A stretch of DNA of 64,000 nt, taken from NCBI RefSeq assembly GCF_006345805.1, contig NC_043004.1, forward strand, positions 101,680,001-101,744,000. Direction: 5' to 3'. A model generated the notes under the pieces. The model saw only the letters and a list, made by a program, of their open reading frames with translations, made no database searches and was not told where the DNA came from. A program made the position numbers and the translations under genes. The DNA comes from Octopus sinensis. Lineage: Eukaryota. This document shows, piece by piece, positions 52,113-64,000 of the stretch; the stretch's first letter is position 1; each line of letters starts with the position of its first letter.

Positions 52113-52332
52113 TACATGTGAGTTCTCTAGACATCCTAGTGGTTGAGGCTATACTCATGAAGTAATGTAGATAATTAAGTAACATAAACAGATTTCCAAA
52201 GTTCATTAAAGTTCTTTAAAGAACTTTAAAGAACTTTAATGAACTTTGGAAATCTGTTTATGTTACTTAATTATCTACATTACTTCATGAGTATAGCCTC
52301 AACCACTAGGATGTCTAGAGAACTCACATGTA

Positions 52333-52423
52333 TTTTAGCTGATGAGTACGGGACACGTTTATATGCTGTAATTTTTGCAACTTTTAATAAAGCCTGTCCT
52401 TGTATGAAACGATTGTACTAAAA
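52333..52423 (+). ncRNA. Type I hammerhead ribozyme motif (right arm)
   Basis: Stem I TTTTAG/CTAAAA, CTGATGA 52339-45, stem II GTAC/GTAT plus GGAC/GTCC, GAAA 52406-09, stem III ACGATTGT, cleavage after A52417. Confidence 0.75.
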
Positions 52424-52490
52424 ACCTATCCATTCTTGTTGCTTCTTTCTCGCGTATATATATATATATATATATATATTAATATATATA

Positions 52491-52538
<48 letters not shown>

Positions 52539-52753
52539 TATATATATTATATATCGTTAGCTACTGCACGCATTTTTTTTCTCTCCTTCTTTCTTTCTGT
52601 GTTTTCTCTCTCTGTGTATCTTTCTGTTGAAGAGCGTAGGCTCGAAACGTTAAAGACTTGTTTTATTTATATTTCCTGAGCGCATACTAATACAATTGTT
52701 CGTTTGTCTTCCACCTGCCTTCGTCTTTTGTTTATTTTCATAAAGCTTCCCGT

Positions 52754-52785
<32 letters not shown>

Positions 52786-53159
52786 ATAAAGAAACAGAAA
52801 ATTTGCATCAATTATTATTTATCAATAATGGATAATAATTGCTGCAAATCAATTGCTGTTCATCAATGTTATATCCTTTTTCTGTTTTCTTTAAATTTTG
52901 ATTCCTGATAAACACTTGTGTACCTTTGTCTTTACCTATAATTTATGAGCATAACATTTTACCTATATTTAAATATAGGTAAACTACCGGTCGTATTTTG
53001 GATACTTTTACCCCTTAGACGGTTATTTTAAGCTTTAACTCAACTAACCTTTATATATATATACACACACACATACACACATATGCATATATATGTATAT
53101 ATATGTGTGTGTGTTGTGGTTGTCTACTCCCTTTTCAGACTCTGACCACCTCTTGTACT

Positions 53160-53900
53160 TACACCTTAAATCCATCATGGCATCTGATGTAGCTTTTTAA
53201 ACCACACAATGTATTGAAAAGACACCCATTTAGATTGTATATCTGATTTGAACAACCACCGAGAGCTGGAGTTATGTTCTGATCTTTGTGGATCTTAAAA
53301 TGTTTTTTGAAACCTCCGTTAGACTTGCAGACCTTATAGCATACACGACACTGTAGGGTGAACACAGATATATAGCCAGAGTAATTGGTGGAAGTTCGTT
53401 TTTCAGGGGTCCGCAAATGGAATTTGAACCCAGCAAAAGAAAGCTTGGTCTTTCACAAACTGTGTGCACAACATTGTCATTGAGATTCACCTTCTCGATC
53501 TCAATATTCTTCTTTAAATCTCTCTTGAGTCTTTGCATATGTCATCCTGGCTTCATCAAACGCTTTCACTCACTCCACACTTTTGTCCACCATCCAGCTC
53601 GGTCCGAAGCAAAGGTTTTAATGGCCTTTGGATCCATTCCAAGTGACTTCATGGCAGTCCTTACGCCGTCCTTAAACCTCTTTTTAGGTTTACACCGATT
53701 GCGATTCCCCTCTGCAAGCTCGCCATAAAACAGTTTTTCGGGTTTGCGTTCATCCACCAATCCAACAATATGACCAGATTATCTCATTTGGTTTTCCAGA
53801 ACCATCGATTTAATTGAAGCGATACCTGCAGACGCAAAGACATCTTTTCTGCAGTAAAAAAGCTCCATTTAATGTTTAAAATGCGGTGAAAGCATTTTTG
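53160..53900 (-). mobile_element. RTE-clade LINE 3' fragment
   Basis: KPEKLFYGELAEGNRNRCKPKKRFKD..ASDRAGW and a C2H2-like CRVCYKVCKSNGGFKKHFKIH. Confidence 0.8.
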
Positions 53901-54169
53901 GTAGAATCGTTATCGATGTTCTTAGGATATATGTGCGTGTATGCCTGCACACGTATGTGTGTATATCTGTGTTTCTCTTTCCTTCACTAGGGATATCTGT
54001 GATGCTCCTGATGCGTATCCAGATATAAGCACTTCATCCAAATGTATTTTTGTATTATAAAAACTTTTTCTGTCTGACAAATTATTAATAGGAAATTCCT
54101 TAGAAGTAAATGAAATACGTGTAATAGAGAATAAATGATACAAAAAATTCCCACGTTCCTGTTTTGTTA

Positions 54170-54750
54170 TATGTATGTATGTATGTATGTATGTATGAAT
54201 GTATGTATGTATGTATGTATGTATGTATGTATGTATGTATGTATGTATGCATGCATGTATGTATGTATGTATGTATGTATGTATGTATGTATGTATGTAT
54301 GTATGTTTGTAGGTATGTTTGTATTATGTATGTATGTATGTATGTATGTATGTATGTATGTCATTATTCAATTTATTTCAAGATTTCTTGCCAATAGAGA
54401 AAGAACCGGTTTCTAACCTAAATCCAAGATTTCTTCATTGGAATTTCAACATCAACAACAAGGTATTATTGTAATTATGTATGTATGTATGTATGTACGT
54501 ATGTGTATGTATGTATGTATGTATGTATGTATTTGTGAATAAATGTATGTATGTGTGTGTGCGTATGTATGTATGAATTTATGTATGTATGTATGCATGT
54601 ATATATGTATGTCATTATTCAGTTTATTTCAAGATTTCTTGCCAATAGAGAAAGAACCGGTTTCTAACCTCGATCCAAGGATTCTTCATTGGAATTTTAA
54701 CATCAACAACAGGGTATTTTTGTATGTATGTATGTATGTATGTATGTATG
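54170..54750. repeat. (TATG)n tracts enclosing a duplicated ~115-bp unit (about 54360 and 54611)
   Basis: GTCATTATTCA..CAAGATTTCTTGCCAATAGAGAAAGAACCGGTTTCTAACC appears twice. Confidence 0.9.
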
Positions 54751-54792
54751 GAGTAGTTTAGGTGTAGCATTGTGTGATATTGCAAATATATT

Positions 54793-55122
54793 AAAAAAAA
54801 AGACTCCGCCGGTTACGACGACGAGGGTCCCAGCTGATACGATCAACGGAACAGCTTGCTCGTGAAATTAACGTGCAAATGGCTGAGCATTCCACAGACA
54901 CGTGTACCCTTAACGTAGTTCTCGGGGATAATCAGCGTGACACAGAGAGTGACAAGGCTGACCCTTTGAAATACAAGTACAACTCATTTTTGCCAGCTGA
55001 GTGGACTGGAGCAACGTGAAATAAAGTGTCTTGCTCAAGGACACAACGCGTCGCCGGGAATCGAACTCACAACCTTACGATCATGAGCCGAATGCCCTAA
55101 CCACTAAGCCACGCGCCCTCAC
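54793..55122 (-). mobile_element. SINE family B, young full-length copy
   Basis: Appears identical to the 9480 copy; 12-bp TSD TGCAAATATATT (54781-92 and 55123-34). Confidence 0.9.
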
Positions 55123-55531
55123 TGCAAATATATTATTTAAGAATGGAAAAACAGTTTATAAAAATGTCTTTTTGTGTACTCCTTATAAATGGCAGTGAGC
55201 GCTGGAGTGACAGAAATAAACGCATTTGAGCATCATGTACCGCATCTTCGGTGAATCATTTAATATGTAGAACATATGTTAGGCTTAATTAGTATTAGTA
55301 TTCAATACAAAACTATGAAAAAAAGCGAGTCATTATGTTTAGAATGATCTGTTTTGTTGTTATTCTAAAGACTACCGCACAGAAAACGTGAAACTATGTG
55401 CTTATTCATGTCTACGTGGAATTGCTAGTCTATGTTTCAGTCGTCCCATTAATATTTATGTGCAAATAGGTTACACAACTTTGTCTTTTCCTTCTGCTTG
55501 TGTTTAACAAGGGAAATGGCTGAGAATAAAA

Positions 55532-55918
55532 TCTATATATATAAAGCTGAAGTTGTCTGTGTATGGTAGGTTTGGTAGCCTTCAACTTACACTATCTCCT
55601 CCGAGACCCTGCGGCGCAAGTTGACCAAAATTGAGAGTATGATAGAAGAAGGCTTGCTCTTCCTTCCGTAGAAGAATTTCAAATCGGACCATGTTAACAC
55701 CAAAAATTATTTACATCAAAAAGGTGCTTTTTTCTATGAAAATCCCTATTTTTTACGATTTTTTTACTGCTATGTCGCCATTTTTCCGTGTATTTCAACC
55801 AGAAAAAATGTTTACCCAAAGAGAATAACAAGCTACATAATGCAAAAGTTTTACTTTTCAAAAATTCCAATTCTAAAGGGTCGAAACAAACCCAAGCAAC
55901 GCCGGACGATACTGCTAG
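55532..55918 (+). mobile_element. Non-autonomous Helitron, third body type
   Basis: A|TCTATATATATAAAG...GCAACGCCGGACGATACTGCTAG|T. Confidence 0.8.
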
Positions 55919-58882
55919 TTAAGAATATATAAGATACTTCACGTATTTTCATTGTCTTCGTAATAGAAAAAAACTTCCACAGTAGAAATAAATCAAATAT
56001 TTACGTATTTTGTGGAGACGACTGAAGGAAGCAGGGAAATATAATAAAAATAGCAAGAGATTTACTAACGCCTTCAGTGTGAACATATTTTGATTTATTC
56101 AGTGCAATACCACTTGAAACAATTTGCTTTGAGGTGGGTTCACTATTTTACAAATATCTACAGTCAGCAAAATTCTGCTGTTTATAAGGCAAATATTTTA
56201 TTTTCCACTACAGTTGTCAGATTTAAAGAAAGTTCGTAATAACAATCCTTATCATGAATTAAAATTTATTGAAATTTATAATTTGTAATTTTGTTCTTAG
56301 GCAGCTGCAGCTACCTAGTACAATCGTTATTGGTGGTATTTCTTCCGGTTTTTTACAGCCAGCTACGCCAACCGTGCTTTTCAACCTTCGGGATCGATAA
56401 AATGATTACTAGTTGGGCACAAGGTAGATGTACTCGACTTTTCCTTTTTCCAAAATTGCTGAACTGGTCCCAGAATTAAAAAGAATTATTTATGCTATTA
56501 TTAGAAGCTGAAATTTGCTAAATGTTTCAGTTTGCATAAGTTTTTTGAAAAATAGGAACATTTGAAATTTAAACTTTTTTGCTATCCATTTGATAGTTTA
56601 CAATATATCATGCTTGCCAGTTTCATAGACCTGGGTACTGAGTTTTGTAGAGTTTGAACTACTTAATTACTGGAAGAACCATCCAGAGTGATGTGTCGGG
56701 TCTCAGTCAATCTAGTCGATCACATTCTATTCTAGTCGATGATAAACAGAACAAGAAAAGCAAAATAAGTAGAACAAAATGGCTTCTAAAACTATTTTTA
56801 GGTTTATTTATTGAAAAATTTTATTACGTAGAAATAATACAAAAAGTATTTGAATGTTTGAACTTTATTGGAATCGGAGAATAACATGAACAAATATCAC
56901 ATTCTGGATATGAATCCTTTGTAAGCAAGTAACACTGAATTTTAATTCATTATGGAAAATAAAGCTTTAACTCATTGGGAAAAATGAAGCTTATAAGAAT
57001 CCCTTAATTCATATCACACCAGATACAGGTTCATTTTATGCCACATTTCGCCGATTACCTTATGCAATATTGGAAACTAAAATCGTATGCAATAATCAGA
57101 ATTTGTCTTTATTGGTATATGCAATTAAGTTTAAATTTTTACACACACGCGCTCATACAATCAGATACGTATGTATACGTATAAATTTAGAATATTCATG
57201 AAAGATTTTCCTCAGCTATACATCAAAGATTACTTTTCATACTTATATAGGAATTGATATTTTATTAATATGATCTGATCAGTATTTGTAAAAGTGTTAA
57301 ATTAACCAATAAGAAATCGAAATGAAAATCATTCCGGTCTTTACGAAGAATTTTGCAGCTGAATTCTAGAAAATACAAAAAGAAAAAAAAAGAAGTGAAA
57401 TTAGATTAAATAAAAAGAATTTAATTCGAGAAGATCTTAAAAACTTATTTTTGCGAATTGAAATGAAAATATGATATTTTCCCTTTCGGTTTTCTAAATT
57501 TTGGGTGACCAAAAAACTGGTGGATGGTACTACAACTACTCCTATTTAGTCAGACGGCCAATCTAAACAGAGAGAGAGAGAGAGAGAGACACACACACAC
57601 ACACATACGTACAAAATACACACGGACCTCTAACACCAAACACAACGGGTCACTCAACTAATTAGCGAAACATCCATCACTAACATACTTCAACAATTAG
57701 CTCATAAACAAACCGGTTCTCTTTGTCTCTTCTATCGATTCTACAATAATTACTATTCTTCTTAACTAGCTAGTTGCATAATCTCACAGCCCAGCTTGAC
57801 TCGTCTCACCTAATTTCCTTCTTAAGTTATTCTTACGGTATTCAAACCACGGAGTACCCCAACTTCCTATCCTGCCTCTCCAAAATTAGCTCTTCTGGAA
57901 TCCCTCTTTGTCTACGTATTTTCTATACACGTTGAGTTAGAGATTATCAAGCTGAGCATAAGCAATATCAATCTCACCAGTCTATGAAGATTTAAAATGC
58001 CATAAGCACTACCATTTGTCCCCTGACTTATTTATATAAGAGAGAAGTGGAATATTTTGAAACTGCTAATTTGTTACAATAGTTTATAGTTAACTGAATG
58101 ATACAGTTAATAATAGTTAAAATAAGTAATCCGACTACAATTTGTGAAAATACATTGGTTCACAGTTCCATTGCATGAATTAGTGCAGCAGAAATTATTT
58201 CAAGCATGTACTATTTTGCATACACAGTAGAAGTCTTCATTGTTTTGAAACAACTTCACTACTTTTGCAACTATAATTAATTCCCATTCTCAAGGCACCT
58301 ATCATTATAGGTAACGTTTTAATTTCCATTCTTCATGTTCTAGGTATGGCTCTTTCTACAGTATTTAGAAATTTTCTCCATTTCTTTTGCAGATCCTTTA
58401 TTGTTTATTTGAATTGATACTTTGACTATGAAGCACTTCGTTTCTTCTTGTCGAACACAAAAAACCCGATAGATTAACCTAAATTTCCATGTCTGTGAAT
58501 ATTGTCATATCTCAAAGTTTGGTCCTTTTGTTCTTATCTTGTGCAGGTCCAGTTTGCCTTTTATTCTTTTGGGGTTGATGAAATAAGTATCAGTTGGGCA
58601 CTGTGGTCGATATGACTGAGTACCCACCCCCGCCTAAAATTTCAGGCATTTTCCCTACACTAGAAAGGATTTTCGTATTATTATATAATCACTTCCATCT
58701 GTTGAACAAGAAAAGGCATTAAACAAAAACTAAATCCACGAATGTGTCCTAATTAGTTATACGGTAACGGAAGTAAATATATAAGTAACTGGATGATAGT
58801 GAGAAAGTGTATTGACTTGTTTGAATGTTTTAATTGAGAAACCGTATTCAAAATATTTTATTGTCGAAAATTAGATACTTAC

Positions 58883-58963
58883 CTTTTCGGTTGTAGGTGG
58901 TTGTTGAGTTGTCGGGTCATCAGATTTAATTACCGGGAAAGTTTGATTCATATACTCGATACG
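58883..58963 (-). CDS. Candidate 81-nt exon RIEYMNQTFPVIKSDDPTTQQPPTTEK of an unidentified minus-strand gene
   Basis: TTTGTAG acceptor, AAG|GTAAGT donor, only phase 0 open; no homology recognised. Confidence 0.35.
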
Positions 58964-60769
58964 CTACAAAGTTTTAGAATATCGATATCTTGTAACTGTA
59001 TATTTTAAACTGTTATATACCAAACTAAATTTAGAATTACATAATTTAGTAAAGAATTATATTTTAGTAAATTTTCTACTGTAACTTAAAATAGATTAGT
59101 TCAAAGAAATATACAAGGCTTAAGATAGAATCAAAGACAAAACCCTACTCAATACCTTAGGTGTAATAAAAAATGATCTATAAAATAAATAAGATGAAGT
59201 GCAATTCGTGGGCTTTATTTGTAGATTCCTTTTGGTTAGTAGATAGTTAGGTTAGTCAAACATCACGTTATAATTCTGCTTGAGCCAGTTTAGATTTCTA
59301 ACTATAGTCATTTCTCATCATTTACGTAGCAAATCCTTTTCCGTCACAAGCGCCGTCCTGTTTCCCTAAAAGCACTCCATTCAGAAAACCTTAATGTATT
59401 TCTTTCTTAACATATTTTGATAGAATCATAGTAAATTAAACATAGATATATCTAATTTACACGTGGTTGTATATACATGCATATGCAAACACATATTCAC
59501 AAAAGTAATGCGATTAAATGGCTTATGCGGTTGACTTGATTTGGAATTACGGATCTTAAAAGAAATGCCTCAAAGTATTTAACAAGTGATAATAGTTGCG
59601 AACGCTATAGAATCCCTAGTAAAATTCTAGTGAGTCAAAACTAGAGCGCATTTTAAATTATTAATTATTTAAATCATTAAATTATTTAAATTAATTGGAA
59701 ATACCTTTCAGGAAATGCATAAAGACATCACACACCTATTTCTCTCTTTCAGAGATTTTTTAGACAAATAACTGACATCTCTCTTTCAGAGATGCCAATT
59801 ATTCGTCTAAAAATTATTTAAGATGAGCAAATGGGATTTCGTGATATTTACATTACATTACAAGCGTAAGTTTCTTTAACTTAAGTAAAATAGCTTCAAC
59901 TGCAGTAAAATATGCCCTCTGATTGAATCTGTTCTATACATTTTACTACTAAATACATAATACATGGCTCAAACAGATTCATGAGTCGTATTCTGTTAGA
60001 AGGAACTTCACTATCATGGCCTTGTAGTAGAGAGATTCTTCTCACACTTGAGTGGTTTCAGGTTCAATCCTATTTCAAGGTACTTCTAAAATAGCTTCGG
60101 GTTGATCTAAATTCGTAAGTGAAATTTTAAAAGTGCAGAGTTTTCTACATATATTTGCGTGATCGACCTGTTGTAATGCCACCACCTTCCTTTGAGTACT
60201 TTTAGCAGAGTCCATTCTGTGAAAACCAGTTGAACCAGTTCTCCCGCCTCATGATGATAAACTCGATATCTCTTACATTTTTCTACGTCAGCAATACATG
60301 TGTACCGTTTTCTTTTTCTACCATATGTTCTCACACCAATATTGAAGGTACCGTAAAAGTTATTAGTGCAACTAACTAACTAAGCTACAATAACTTCACT
60401 AAATTGTCAAACTAATTCCAAAGTGGAAAATAGGTTACCACTGCTTGCAACAAGTAAGCAGTAGCGCTTAAAATTGACCAATGTAAGTATTCATTTACAA
60501 ATCTTAAAATTTCACAACCTTAAAGAATTTTCAAATAAGACACAAACTCAAAAATCTAGCAAAGAAAAGGAAAAGCAAAGTAACACTTACACTTGTCTTA
60601 TTAACACAAGTCTGAATAAAACCGACTTCGGGTTCCAAACCGTTGACTATTAATTCCATTTTTTTAACTGCACTTTGGTTATTCTTATATTGCAAGTTAG
60701 TCCTGAAACAGATAATATTATATATTCAAGGACAGAGGCCGTGGTTTAAATAAGAGAAATGAAAATAAA

Positions 60770-61650
60770 CAAGAAGAAATGAATACAAAAACGGAAACAG
60801 CAGCGAAGGGTTAAAATGTACGGTCAGTTTGCAAGAGATGTGAACGCCTAGACAGACACGGAGCACCGGTGGCTATGGGTGAAGGGTGTGATCTGAAGAT
60901 AGAAACAGAAGCACTCATATGCGCAGCTCAAGAACGAGCTATGTGAAGTGAAGAATAGACAACACTACTGACAGCAAAAAATGCAAAATGCATGGCGAGA
61001 GGGATGAAATGGTATGACACATCGTAAGCGAATGCCCGAAACTGGCACAACGCGAATACCAAAGACGCCATGACAATGGGGCAAGAATGATCCATTGGGA
61101 GCTCTGTGGAAATCATGGATTACAGAGAGCAAAGACGTGGTATGAGAAAACCCCAGACGGAGCCACCGAGAATGACAATTTTAAAATGCTGTGGGATTCA
61201 ATGATCCAGTGCGCTCACCTGACCAGTCATCGGAAAATGGACATTGCTGTGGTGAATAAAAAAGAAAGAACATGAATGATAAACGACATAACATGCCGCG
61301 GTGACAACAGGATCAATGTGAAAGAAGAAAAAATAAACAACTATGGCGATTTGAAGAGGGAAATACGAAGGTTGTGGTCAGTGAAGAGAGCAGACGTGAT
61401 ACCAATAGTAATTGGTGCACTTAGAAGTATCAGCACTCATCTACCAACACGGCTGAAAAAGATTGGTGTAAGTATGACAGTAGAACACCTACAGATCAGC
61501 ATTGCTTGGAACTGCAAGAATTCTTCACAGGGCTCTTGAAGCATGACCAGTAAACAAGTGTCACCTTAGTCTGTTAGCTGTAGACAGTTGACACTTTCCA
61601 TCATGCCTAGCAAAATAAGCTGTGAGTTTTCATCGCAAAATGGTAATAAT
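60770..61650 (+). mobile_element. R4-like LINE 3' fragment
   Basis: CKKCKM..HIVSECPKLAQREYQRRHDN..IHWELC, KMLWD, DITCRGDNRI, IVIGALRSIS; same family as 6010. Confidence 0.85.
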
Positions 61651-61879
61651 GATTTCTTTTATTAGCCACAAGGGCCCAGGACACGGTGGACAATATTGAA
61701 GGACGAGTTACAGTACAAAACAAAAATTACAAAAACATGTGGGGTTACCATAAATCAAGTGGGGTTGTTACCACATTAAAGGAAATGACAAAAGATATAT
61801 AATAGAAAATAGAGAAATTATAAATAAATAAATAAATAAATAAATAGATAATTAGAATTCCCAAGAGCGGGGCGGTCCA

Positions 61880-63290
61880 CTTAGGGTAATTCGGGATAAA
61901 CCCCACACAAAAATCCTGGATTACTCTGCCATCCCCAAGGCATGGGAATATCTTCCTGTTTCTTTCCCCCGGCTTAGAAAAGTATATTCAAAGTAGATCC
62001 ATCCAGTCTCACCAGACTTCTTACTGTCGACCATCTTTTGACAAACACACAAGAACGCAGCACCTCCCTCTCTACCCTCCAATTTCCTCTTCAAGTGATA
62101 TTTTGACCAGGTAAGAAAGTGCCTATCTTCAAACCTTTCAGACGCGTCCACCACACAGCCTCTTTTGCACAGCCGTTAAGCAGAGAAAGATCTGCCTTCC
62201 TTCTCAGCAGTCAGATGAATTCGTCTTACACGCTACAGCAACAACACCACACAATCCCACAGCTCTCTAATGCATGGATACTGAATTATTACAATGCAGG
62301 ACGGTTTTGTTCCGTTACAAGTATCTCACACAGGTTCGAAGAGCTTGTCTCGAACAGGCAATGCTCCTCTGTAGCACTGCCATGCCAAAGACTTTTGCAA
62401 ATTTCCCATGATCTTCGACCCGAAGGGGCTCTAGTAGAGAGTACTCAGACTGTTCTCGTCGATGTCCAGATTCAATAATAGGCCATCGTCACTCATACCC
62501 TCAACTAGCCCCCTATAGAAAGCTTGGGTTGTTTTCCTGCTTACGGCTTTTGGGCAGCTGGTACAATGCAGTGAGCGCCTAGCGACATTCTAGATGCCAA
62601 ACACCCAACCTTGGTCTACGTTTGACCCATGACTGTAACTCTGTCAATGAGATGAACTGCTGAAAGACGTGTCGCACGAAAGACGCACACAGCAGTTCAA
62701 TCTTACTTTCGTCTTCGTCGTTGTCCACACCGTGGAGGCGCAATGGCCCAGTGGTTAGGGCAGCGGACTCGCGGTCATAGGATCGCGGTTTCGATTCCCA
62801 GACCGGGCGTTGTGAGTGTTTATTGAGCGAAAACACCTAAAAAGCTCCACGAGGCTCCGGCAGGGGATGGTGGTGATCCCTGCTGTACTCTTTCACCACA
62901 ACTTTCTCTCACTCTTTCTTCCTGTTTCTGTTGTACCTGTATTTCAAAGGGCCGGCCTTGTCACTCTCTGTGTCACGCTGAATATCCCCGAGAACTACGT
63001 TAAGGGTGCACGTGTCTGTGGAGTGCTCAGCCACTTAAACGTTAATTTCACGAGCAGGCTGTTCCGTTGATTCGGATCAACCGGAACCCTCATCGTCGTA
63101 ACCGACGGAGTGCTTCCATCCATGTCCACACCATTGCAGTGATTTAGATATTTCTGAAGGTGCGGCAGCCTCAAGGCGTGGCGCGGCATCATCAGGGATG
63201 GCATTCCAAGACCACCTCGCTGTGGTTGTTGATAGCAGATAGATTTTCTGCTCAGCGGAACCTGACCTTTCCATAAGAATCAGAAAAGTA
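61880..63290 (-). mobile_element. Tx1/L1-like LINE fragment interrupted by a SINE
   Basis: MPSLMMPRHALRL, LAWQCYRGALPVRDKL and KYHLKRKLEGRE on minus; degenerate. Confidence 0.6.
62737..63120 (+). mobile_element. SINE family B subfamily
   Basis: GGCGCAATGGCCCAGTGGTTAGGG head and family B 3' half; sister of 33010. Confidence 0.85.
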
Positions 63291-63500
63291 AGCGACCCAA
63301 GCTGGTCAGAATTTTCTTAGGTCAAGGTACGACAGCTAGGTGGTAGTACACAACCGAGGCGATATATGCATCCGCTACTTCCCCTTGGCTTGCTTAACGT
63401 TTCTGCTAACTCGCCGCCTTGAAGCCAAATAATATTAATATGCAGACTAGAAGAGGAACAGTTCTCACTTAAAGATCGTAGTTTAGGGAAATCTGAGTCA

Positions 63501-63535
<35 letters not shown>

Positions 63536-63618
63536 CACACACACACACACACACACACCACACACACACACGCACACACACTCTTACACACTCACTGATA
63601 TACAGAAATAGACATATA

Positions 63619-64000
63619 CCGTAAATCCTCGAGTATAGTCCGCTCTTGCGTATAATACGCAGGGGATTTTTAGGGAGCTGTACCTCTGAAAAACTTAAAC
63701 CTTGTGTATAATACGCACCCCTTTATTATGCACGACGTGAGTCCTGCGTAAGTAAGCCAGCAGCACCTAGTCGAACAAACTTCTGTGCATGCGTAATACA
63801 ATAATGGTGATGTTCTTAACTGTTATATGGGAATGTAAATATGTTTGCAAATTGTTTTTGTTACATGTTATTCTGTGTTATGAATACTTTTATTTTAATA
63901 AATGTTGCTTACTGCAAGTTATGGATGATTCTTTTATGACTTCATTGCTTTCATGCTTAGCTTAAGGTATTTTCGCGCCCGACATCACAAAATGCGTCTG
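63619..64000. mobile_element. Possible pogo/Tigger-like DNA transposon end
   Basis: TA|CCGTAAATCCTCGAGTATA terminus and repeated GTATAATACGCA; partner TIR not in the window. Confidence 0.4.

Larger units (their letters stand above)
51992..52453. repeat. Palindrome with 230-bp arms and a 2-nt spacer
   Basis: 51992-52221 is the reverse complement of 52224-52453; no mismatch seen by eye. Confidence 0.9.

Noticed and set aside
52024-52421. Two identical 60-aa ORFs on opposite strands
   Set aside because: A by-product of the palindrome; TTG start and no coding features.
54360-54720. Hammerhead-like minus-strand ATGAAGA...GAAACCGGTT in the duplicated 115-bp unit
   Set aside because: C3 is missing and stems I and II are not convincing.
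59740-59870. Plus-strand CTCTCTTTCAG acceptors and GTAAGT donor
   Set aside because: Stops in all three frames from the acceptors; no linked exons found.
60107-60334. 75-aa minus-strand ORF
   Set aside because: GTG start, no splice sites or recognisable motif; abuts a decayed SINE.
8319-63120. tRNA genes at GGTTCGA/GAGTTCAAAT motifs
   Set aside because: They are tRNA-derived SINE heads continuing into SINE bodies; no complete cloverleaf seen.

Overview
AT-rich, repeat-dense animal genomic DNA. The SINE and microsatellite landscape looks like an octopus/coleoid cephalopod (inference from recall, not searched). Nearly all ORFs in the supplied track are microsatellite or transposon noise. Two things stand out. 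(1) A + strand micro-exon gene missed by the ORF track (CDS 17132-41234, 11 coding exons, ten of them 24-81 nt, all introns phase 1). It splices into a 143-aa secreted, Cys-free His/Arg/Trp-rich protein: MSLRLILLLLLIALIGLALS-QKRNRQQRYEKRVREPSRRKSRDHHPGSWRRRREDHDVDWHGDHGHHGKHWPGYPDKHWPGYPDKHWPGHHGHHGQHLHGHPGHYRRRWHRRPGHYRKRWHRRPGHYRKRWHRRHGRHYARHG*. It grew by tandem exon duplication and includes a dead pseudo-exon. (2) Four non-coding tandem/inverted repeat loci (about 12.2-12.8, 45.7-46.7, 49.1-51.4 and 52.0-52.5 kb) lie in or next to (TA)n tracts. Each carries a type I hammerhead ribozyme motif with a short, mostly palindromic stem III, consistent with retrozyme-like or Penelope-like-element-derived units. 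The rest is tRNA-derived SINEs (three families), non-autonomous Helitrons, mariner/maT and hAT relics, LINE fragments (R4-like, CR1/L2-like, RTE-like, Tx1/L1-like) and long microsatellites. There is no CRISPR, rRNA or credible tRNA gene. Repeat boundaries are read by eye and approximate unless stated.
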